Position numbers and translations under genes: made by a program. The notes beneath the pieces are model-generated. The model did not search any database. It saw nothing but the letters and a program-made list of their open reading frames with translations, and was not told the origin of the DNA. A DNA stretch of 64,000 nt from an uncultured Myxococcales bacterium (GTDB taxonomy: Bacteria; Myxococcota_A; UBA9042): contig CAIMLR010000042.1 in assembly GCA_903842345.1 (NCBI GenBank), positions 92,857 through 156,856 on the forward strand, given 5' to 3'. This document shows, piece after piece, positions 57,797 through 64,000 of this stretch (positions within the stretch are counted from its first letter, which is position 1; every line of letters starts with the position of its first letter).

Positions 57797-59764
57797 ATGC
57801 GTCACCTGTTTCGCCCCGCGTTTGTGCTGCTGATCGCGGGTGCAACTGCCTGCGGAAGTCGTGAAGAAGCGCCAAAGCGCAAGGGCGCCGCTGTGGCCGA
57901 GTCCGCGGCGGCAGTTGAAGCGGCGCCGGCAGCAGAAGCCGCCAAGCCGGTGGCGACGCTGTCCTTGACGCAGATCGCCGCACAGGTCGCGGCTGAGGCC
58001 AAGAAGCTCCACGACGAAGAACCGGCGCTCGCGGCCAAGCTGCAGAAGGCGGCGGGGCCGGACGCCAAGGTGCTCAAGTCGCTGTATGGCGACCCGACGC
58101 CGCGGTTCTACGGCCGCGATGGCCAACTGAGCGAGGATGGTCAGGCGCTGCTGGAACTGCTCGCGCAGCTGGATCGCCACGGGCTGGACAAGTCCGGGTA
58201 CCGGCTGAGCCAGATCGATGCGGCGACCAAGAAGGTCGTGGAGACGCTGGCGGCGGAGCATGAGACGCAGGTGGCGCTGGAGAAGACGCCGCATGCGGCG
58301 CTGACCGCGGCGGCGGTCTCGACGTGGCTGCACACGAGCCAAGGCAGCGAAGCGGAGTTGGCGCACGCGGGCGGCGATCAGTTGGGGCAGCCCGGGCTCC
58401 TGGCGCTCTCAGGCGCGCTGCCGCAGTTGCTGATCCAAGGGCGCGCGACGCGCGAGGCGATTGAACTCGCCGACAACGAGCTGGCGCGCGCGGTGATTCG
58501 CTACGTGGTCGATTTCACGCTGGCCAAGCCCGCGCACCCGCTGCTCTACACACCGCCGGCGGCCGTGCGCAAACTGGCCGAAACGCAGGCGGACAAGATC
58601 GTCGCGACGCTGGGTGCGGCCAAGGGGCATACCGCAGAAGTGCTGAAGAAGCTGTGGCCGACCCATCCGCAGTACCTGCTGCTGCAAGGCGCTTACGACA
58701 CGTACAAGAAGCTCGCGGACGCGGGCGGCTGGCAGCCGTTGCCCAAGCTGACAACCAAGAAGGTGCAAAAGGGCGAGACCAACCCGTTTGTCGGCGCGAT
58801 GCGCGAGCGGCTGCGGCTGGAAGGCTATGAGGTGGGGCCGGCGGGCGATCGCTATGACGACACGCTGCTCGAGGCGGTCAAGACGTTCCAGGCGCGCCAC
58901 CAGCTGGAGTCGTCGGACGGGGTGGTCGGCAAGCCGACGATCGTCGAGCTGGACGTGCCGGCGGAGCAACGCGTGAAGCAGATTCAGTTGGCGCTGGAAC
59001 GTTACCGCGAGTCAGAAGGCCGCGATCCGGGCGAATTCTACATCTGGGTCAACATCGCGTTCCAGCAGCTGTGGGTCTACGACGACGGCCAGATCATCGA
59101 GACGCACAAGGTCATCTGCGGCAACAACGACACGGACACGGACCAGCAGACGCTCGTGAAGGGCAAGATCAACCGCACGCGGATGTTCAGCCAGAAGATG
59201 ACGCGCGTGATCCTCGCGCCGCGCTGGTATCCGACGCAGCGGGTGATCGAGCTGGAAATCGGCCCCAAGATGGCCAAGGACCCGCTGTTCAAAGAGAAAG
59301 AAGGCTACGTGATGGAAGTGCAGCCGGACGGCAAGGAAGTTGTCTACCAGAAGGGCGGCAAGACCAACCTGCTGGGCGACGTGAAGTTCCAGGGCCCCAA
59401 CAAGTACAACATCTACCTGCACGACACGCCGTTTCGCGCGCTGTTCAGCAAGGTGCGCCGCACGTTCAGCCATGGCTGCATCCGCGTGCAGAACCCCGTG
59501 GAATTGGCGGAGCTGATCCTGGGGCGCGACAAAGGCATGGGGCGGCAGGCGATCAAGGACGCGATCGCTGAAAAAGAGGAAGTGGAAGTGAAACTGCAGG
59601 CGCCGATTCCCGTGCACATCGACTACGCGAGCGTGGCGGTCGACGACGAAGGCCGTGTGCAGTTTGGCGCGGACGTGTACGGCTATGACGAAGCGTACTT
59701 TGCCGGCGCTCTTCCCGTTGAGGAAGCAAAAGAGTACAAAGCCGCCTCTGCGCGCGGACTGTGA
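57797..59764 (+). CDS. YcbB/LdtD-like L,D-transpeptidase lipoprotein with a peptidoglycan-binding domain
   Basis: Lipobox 'LIAGATACGS'. PG-binding-like 'LLEAVKTFQARHQLESSDGVVG'. YkuD catalytic 'SHGCIRVQNP'. The ORF-track start at 56954 is rejected. Confidence 0.85.
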   Translation: MRHLFRPAFVLLIAGATACGSREEAPKRKGAAVAESAAAVEAAPAAEAAKPVATLSLTQIAAQVAAEAKKLHDEEPALAAKLQKAAGPDAKVLKSLYGDPTPRFYGRDGQLSEDGQALLELLAQLDRHGLDKSGYRLSQIDAATKKVVETLAAEHETQVALEKTPHAALTAAAVSTWLHTSQGSEAELAHAGGDQLGQPGLLALSGALPQLLIQGRATREAIELADNELARAVIRYVVDFTLAKPAHPLLYTPPAAVRKLAETQADKIVATLGAAKGHTAEVLKKLWPTHPQYLLLQGAYDTYKKLADAGGWQPLPKLTTKKVQKGETNPFVGAMRERLRLEGYEVGPAGDRYDDTLLEAVKTFQARHQLESSDGVVGKPTIVELDVPAEQRVKQIQLALERYRESEGRDPGEFYIWVNIAFQQLWVYDDGQIIETHKVICGNNDTDTDQQTLVKGKINRTRMFSQKMTRVILAPRWYPTQRVIELEIGPKMAKDPLFKEKEGYVMEVQPDGKEVVYQKGGKTNLLGDVKFQGPNKYNIYLHDTPFRALFSKVRRTFSHGCIRVQNPVELAELILGRDKGMGRQAIKDAIAEKEEVEVKLQAPIPVHIDYASVAVDDEGRVQFGADVYGYDEAYFAGALPVEEAKEYKAASARGL

Positions 59765-59791
59765 CTGCACCCGCGAGCCGAGACGGGAGCC

Positions 59792-60001
59792 ATGCGCCAA
59801 GCGCCACCGAGGCTTGAAATCGCGATCTCCGTACTGGCCGACGGTCGTGTGGTATTTTGCGATTTGCCGCCAGATTTGGCAGAAGTACGCGATGTGCTCG
59901 CTGGCGAATCCACGTCGGCAGAAACCGCATCCAACAGCGGTGCGTCTGAACCTGTGTCCGCTGCCACGGCGGTGACTGCAACTGGAGAATCCCCGGCGTG
60001 A
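59792..60001 (+). CDS. Small hypothetical protein (69 aa) translationally coupled to the downstream kinase
   Basis: Its stop TGA overlaps the kinase ATG (gTGATG). The C-terminus is Ser/Thr/Ala-rich. Confidence 0.35.
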   Translation: MRQAPPRLEIAISVLADGRVVFCDLPPDLAEVRDVLAGESTSAETASNSGASEPVSAATAVTATGESPA

Positions 60002-61749
60002 TGCGGCTTTGTCCCAAGTGCGGAAAAAAGAGCGCGGAGGCGCGTTGCCCAGAAGATGGCACCGCGACGCTCGTGCTTGCGGCCAATCCGGACAGCCGGC
60101 TCGCCGAGGGCACGGAGGTCAACGGCCGTTACCGCATCCGCAACATGATCGGCCAGGGCGGCTTTGGCGCCGTGTACCGTGCGACAAATATCGCCACGGA
60201 TCAGGACATGGCGATCAAGCTGCTCGCCGTCTCGCTCGATTCAGACGACAGCGACGTGATCCAGCGCTTTTTTGCCGAAGCGCAGGTGACAGCGTCGCTC
60301 AAGCACCCCAATACGATCCGCGTGTTTGACTTTGGCCAAACGGAAGGCGGCGCGCTGTACATCGCGATGGAACTGCTGTCCGGACGGCCGTTGAACGACG
60401 TGCTGAAGCGGCGCGCGGCGGACGGCAAGGTCCTGACGGAAGAAGAGACCATCACCATCGGCGTGCAGATCCTGCGCAGCCTCGCGGAAGCGCACTCGGC
60501 CAATCTGGTGCACCGCGATTTGAAGCCGCACAACGTGTTCCTGCATGAAGTGGAAGGCGACGACCCGGTGGTGAAGGTGCTGGACTTTGGCATCGCCAAG
60601 CGGCTTGGCTCCAACCTGACCGGCACGGGCAAAGCGTTTGGCACGCCGACCTACATGAGCCCGGAGCAGGCGCAAAACCAGCAACTGGACAACCGCAGCG
60701 ACTTGTATTCGCTCGGCTGCGTGCTGTTTCAGTGCGTGGTGGGGAAGCCGCCGTTTGAGGGCGACGATCCGCTCGCGGTGCTGCTGGCGCACGTGACGAA
60801 GCCGCCGCCGGACCTGCGGCAGGTCGCGGCGACGCCGGTGAGCGAAGCGTTTGTCAGCGTGATTGAGAAGTCGATGGCCAAGGAGCCGACGGACCGGTTC
60901 AGCTCGGCGATTGAGTTCCGCCAGGCGCTGGAATCCTGTCGCGGCCGCAATCGCACGGAATTGGCGCGGGCAGCGTCGTCAGCGGCCATCGCGGAGCTGA
61001 TGCAAGGCGCGCCAGTCCGTGGCCCGGACGAGCACACGGTCGCTTATGGCGCGCCGGGTGAAGAGCGGACGACGGCGTTTCCCGGACTGACGCCGCGCCA
61101 TGTGACGCCGGCGGCGGGCTCCAAGTCGCGACAGTCGGTCATTGCGCCGCCGCGCAGCGCCACGTCCACGCGCAATCGCGTGGTTTCAGCCGAGACGGGT
61201 GAGACCGACGACGAGCCGTTGCCGCGCAGCAACAAGAAGGTGCTGTGGATCGGCGGCGGCGTCGCGGTGGTGGCCTTTGTTACCGTCTTCGCGCTCGGCG
61301 GCCGCACGACGACGCCGGTTGAGCCCGCCGCGCCCGTTGCCGCAGCGCCCGTTGCGCCGACCCCGCCACCGCCGGAGCCGCCCGCAGCGCCCGCGTCCGA
61401 GGCGAAAGCGCCAGAAGCCAAGCCCGTTGCGCCACCGGCCCAAGCAGAGGCGGTGCAGGTGCAGCTGGATTCCGATCCGTCGGGCGCGACCGTCGTCGTG
61501 GCCGGCGAGTCGTTGGGCAAGACGCCGCTGGCCGTTTCCGTGCCACCGGGTGGTCACGTGAGTGCGCGCCTGCGGCTACCCGGTCACCGCGATCTGGAGA
61601 TTGAAGTGGTGCCGACGGACGCGCCAGCCAAGACTGCGCGGCTGACGCCCGTGCCGAGCGCAAAGTCCCCGCCGACGGTGCGGAAGCCGGGCGGCGGTGG
61701 CAGCAAGCCGGGCAAGGACGGTTCGAGTTCCCTGGACGAGCGCATCTGA
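60001..61749 (+). CDS. Ser/Thr protein kinase with an N-terminal zinc ribbon, a Pro/Ala-rich linker and a C-terminal PEGA domain
   Basis: 'CPKCGKK…ARCPEDG' zinc ribbon. Kinase motifs 'IGQGGFGAVY', 'AIK', 'HRDLKPHNVFL', 'DFGIAK' and 'SPE'. There is a predicted TM segment ('VLWIGGGVAVVAFVTVFAL'). The C-terminal 'VQLDSDPSGATVVVAGESLGKTPLAVSVPPGGHV' is PEGA-like. Confidence 0.9.
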   Translation: MRLCPKCGKKSAEARCPEDGTATLVLAANPDSRLAEGTEVNGRYRIRNMIGQGGFGAVYRATNIATDQDMAIKLLAVSLDSDDSDVIQRFFAEAQVTASLKHPNTIRVFDFGQTEGGALYIAMELLSGRPLNDVLKRRAADGKVLTEEETITIGVQILRSLAEAHSANLVHRDLKPHNVFLHEVEGDDPVVKVLDFGIAKRLGSNLTGTGKAFGTPTYMSPEQAQNQQLDNRSDLYSLGCVLFQCVVGKPPFEGDDPLAVLLAHVTKPPPDLRQVAATPVSEAFVSVIEKSMAKEPTDRFSSAIEFRQALESCRGRNRTELARAASSAAIAELMQGAPVRGPDEHTVAYGAPGEERTTAFPGLTPRHVTPAAGSKSRQSVIAPPRSATSTRNRVVSAETGETDDEPLPRSNKKVLWIGGGVAVVAFVTVFALGGRTTTPVEPAAPVAAAPVAPTPPPPEPPAAPASEAKAPEAKPVAPPAQAEAVQVQLDSDPSGATVVVAGESLGKTPLAVSVPPGGHVSARLRLPGHRDLEIEVVPTDAPAKTARLTPVPSAKSPPTVRKPGGGGSKPGKDGSSSLDERI

Positions 61750-61775
61750 TGGCGCCGATGGTCCGCTGCTAGCCG

Positions 61776-63332
61776 CTACTTGCTGCGAATCCGCACGAGA
61801 CACGTCTTGCCATCGGCGCTGCAGGCTTCCTGCCGGCCGATGTGCGCCCACATGTCCTCCACGATCGCGTTGGGCGTGTTGGCGACCAGCACAAAGTCCA
61901 TCGAGAACGCCGCGCCAAAGTTGACGCCCTGCAGCGGCGGATGCAGCTGGCGCAGCGCCGTAGCCAGCGCGTTGCCGCCGAGATGGCCCGGGAGGATCGC
62001 GGTCGCCGTTGGCTTCCGATAGAGCAGGCCCAGGTCCGCCGGGCGCAGGACCGCGGGCTGCGCGCCGATGGCGGAAGTCATGACTCCGGGCATGTGCGCC
62101 AACAGGTTGCGGCGATCCGGCGCGGCCAGTCGGTCATCGGCAAGAATCGCCAGCAGCGTCGCCACCGCCAGCACGACGCCGCCGGTGCGCGAACCCGTTG
62201 TGCCGCGCGCCCAGAGCTCCCGCCCCACATCAACCGCCACGATCGCCGCGAGCAGCACCAGACCGGGCGCCAACAGCGTCACACCGTCGATCCAGCCCGG
62301 CGTCGGCAAACCCAACCACACCAGGACCAGACCCGTGCCAAAGAACAGGCCGACGGGCAGCGCGATCGGGTCGCTTGGCCGCCGCACCGCGCCCACGCCC
62401 GCCGCGCAGGCGAGAACCAGGAGCGGCAAGGACAGTTGCCCGGCGAACGCCACAAGCGCGCCGACCACGGGCCAATTGGCCATTCCACCGAGCCACGGCG
62501 TCACCACCGGCGCGCGCCACTCGGCGATCTGGCGCGCCCACGCGAGCTTCAAGCCGCCGGACCCGTGCGCGGAGGCGATGAGGCCCGCGGCGAGCGCGAG
62601 GCCCGTCAAGTTGGGGACCGTCACGGCGTGCGGCCAGAGCCCCTCGTGCGGCTCGATTCCCGGGAGCGGCTCGATGCCGCGGCGGAGCGGCAGGATGAGG
62701 ACCGCGAGCACCGCCACGATGGCCAACGGCAGGCCGAGCGGATGCACCAGCACGAGGAACGCCAGCGCGCCACCGAGCAGCAGCGCGGACACCAGCGGAC
62801 GCGGCCACGCCAGCAGGCCGGCGAGCGCGGTGAGCAGCAGCGCTGCGGCCAGCGGCGTCTCAGCGCCGACGGTTGCGATCAGGCCACGGGACGCCGGCCA
62901 GAGCAGGAACAGCGCGAGCGCGACGATCGCGGCGGTCAGGCCGCGCAGCCGCCAAGCGACGAGACCCAGCGCCGCCAGGAGCCCGCCCGCAACGACGAAT
63001 TGCCACAGCGAGACGACCTGGCCGAGCGTCAGGCCAAGCGCGGTCCCCTTGCGCCACAGGACCGCAATCGCCCCGACTTCAGCCGCGCCGCCCGTCCGCG
63101 GCACCCCTTCCAGCCAGGAAGTCGCCGACGCGGTCCAGTCCAGCCCGCGAAGTTGCAGGATCGCGGCCAGGGCGAGGCACAAGCCGATGGCGAGAAAACG
63201 CACCGCGGGTCCCAGCCAACGCGGCGGCAGCGAAGGCGGTAGCGGCGGGGGCGGCGACGCTTCCGGCAGCGGCGCATCGGGCGGCCGGGCGGCGGTCGCA
63301 AGGTCAATCGTGGCAATCGAATCACTGTTCAT
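61776..63332 (-). CDS. Polytopic integral membrane protein (10 or more TM helices) with a C-terminal soluble domain; possibly a GT-C-like glycosyltransferase
   Basis: Many hydrophobic helices. The N-terminus is Pro/Ala-rich. The probable start is 'MNSDSIATIDL' at 63332. Confidence 0.45.
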   Translation of the reverse strand: MNSDSIATIDLATAARPPDAPLPEASPPPPLPPSLPPRWLGPAVRFLAIGLCLALAAILQLRGLDWTASATSWLEGVPRTGGAAEVGAIAVLWRKGTALGLTLGQVVSLWQFVVAGGLLAALGLVAWRLRGLTAAIVALALFLLWPASRGLIATVGAETPLAAALLLTALAGLLAWPRPLVSALLLGGALAFLVLVHPLGLPLAIVAVLAVLILPLRRGIEPLPGIEPHEGLWPHAVTVPNLTGLALAAGLIASAHGSGGLKLAWARQIAEWRAPVVTPWLGGMANWPVVGALVAFAGQLSLPLLVLACAAGVGAVRRPSDPIALPVGLFFGTGLVLVWLGLPTPGWIDGVTLLAPGLVLLAAIVAVDVGRELWARGTTGSRTGGVVLAVATLLAILADDRLAAPDRRNLLAHMPGVMTSAIGAQPAVLRPADLGLLYRKPTATAILPGHLGGNALATALRQLHPPLQGVNFGAAFSMDFVLVANTPNAIVEDMWAHIGRQEACSADGKTCLVRIRSK

Positions 63333-63967
63333 TGCGTCGGCCTGCCGAATTGGTCGTGACGCGTAGGCGGCGCGTACTGGAGCGTCTTGTCGATCGGCGC
63401 TTGCTCGCCCATCGCGCGGCGCTTGCCGGTCATCAGCACTTCGGCGCACGCGAGCCGCCAATCATTGTCGCCCGCGGCAATCTCCAACCGCAGTTCACCG
63501 CGCATCCGACCGTTGGGCAGGTCGACGTCCAAATCGGGGCGATCGCGCCCATCGCTCGCCGAGAGCGTACCCACCGACTGCCCGGCGGCAAAGATCTGCA
63601 GGCGGGTCGGCTGACCGCTGGCCACATCGTCCAGGAGGCGCAAGCGCGCTTCCAGGTGATCGCCCAGGTTCAAATCCGGCCAGCGCACCACGGTCGTCGC
63701 GCCGCCTGCGTGCGGGTGGAGCCACAAACAGCGCATCGGCTTGCCCGCCGCCAGCCCGGCATAGGGCCCGACAAAGGCAAAATCCTGGGCGCCGCAATGC
63801 CACCGACCGTCGCTCGCTTGCCAGGTGCACGGCACATCCGCGGCGCCAGGCTTGCGCACCGCCACCGTCGCGGTGCTCAAATGCTCTTCAGCGCGAAACG
63901 TCGCGTCCGGCGCTTTGTGGAAATCGGCGTTGGCGCGCATGGCCAGCCAAAACGCCGCACAGGCCAC
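63329..63967 (-). CDS. Hypothetical protein with an N-terminal TM anchor. The 5' end may extend beyond the window edge.
   Basis: The ORF runs to within 33 nt of the window end with a hydrophobic N-terminus. The soluble part is beta-rich ('GELRLEIAAGDNDWRLAC'). Confidence 0.4.
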   Translation of the reverse strand: MACAAFWLAMRANADFHKAPDATFRAEEHLSTATVAVRKPGAADVPCTWQASDGRWHCGAQDFAFVGPYAGLAAGKPMRCLWLHPHAGGATTVVRWPDLNLGDHLEARLRLLDDVASGQPTRLQIFAAGQSVGTLSASDGRDRPDLDVDLPNGRMRGELRLEIAAGDNDWRLACAEVLMTGKRRAMGEQAPIDKTLQYAPPTRHDQFGRPTQ

Positions 63968-64000
63968 AACCAGCGCCAGAATCGTCCACAGGCCAATCGG

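Overview
This 64-kb window is very GC-rich (roughly 70%), gene-dense chromosomal DNA. The gene content points to a myxobacterium (Myxococcota), but that is an inference.

I can support about 50 protein-coding genes from the sequence.

Housekeeping genes:
- an Hsp70 (DnaK-like) paralog
- hflK and hflC
- panB and panC
- a ybeZ(phoH) / 7TM-HD / ybeY operon
- ssb, tgt, bcp, an SDR oxidoreductase, an amidase, a nitroreductase and a dienelactone hydrolase

Polysaccharide export:
- a Wzc-like tyrosine autokinase
- a short Wza-like export protein
- an outer-membrane beta-barrel and a periplasmic protein

Secreted cysteine-rich and eukaryote-like proteins, which are unusually abundant here:
- three proteins carrying MopE-like 'CxGxDxDCDGxxDE' motifs, one with a beta-helix and a poly-Gly tail
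- two lipoproteins with repeated 'C-x-[ST]-D-x-D-C' knots
- a 1,325-aa protein with about 15 tandem calcium-binding EGF domains and a fibrinogen-like C-terminus, translationally coupled to a POT peptide transporter
- a 1,033-aa lipoprotein whose C-terminal half looks like a tandem BPI/LBP/CETP (TULIP) lipid-binding fold

Other notable items:
- a small gene encoding a leader-like segment followed by about 15 His-Gly-Ser repeats (encoded by a 9-bp tandem repeat of about 16 units), convergent with a sigma-70/ECF-type sigma factor
- a YcbB-like L,D-transpeptidase
- a Ser/Thr kinase with a zinc ribbon and a PEGA domain, coupled to a small upstream ORF
- a CCA-enzyme-like protein with an intact HD domain but an apparently dead nucleotidyltransferase head

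I did not recognise any rRNA, tRNA, CRISPR array, IS element or prophage. Many long ORFs antisense to real genes are GC-rich frame artefacts and were rejected.
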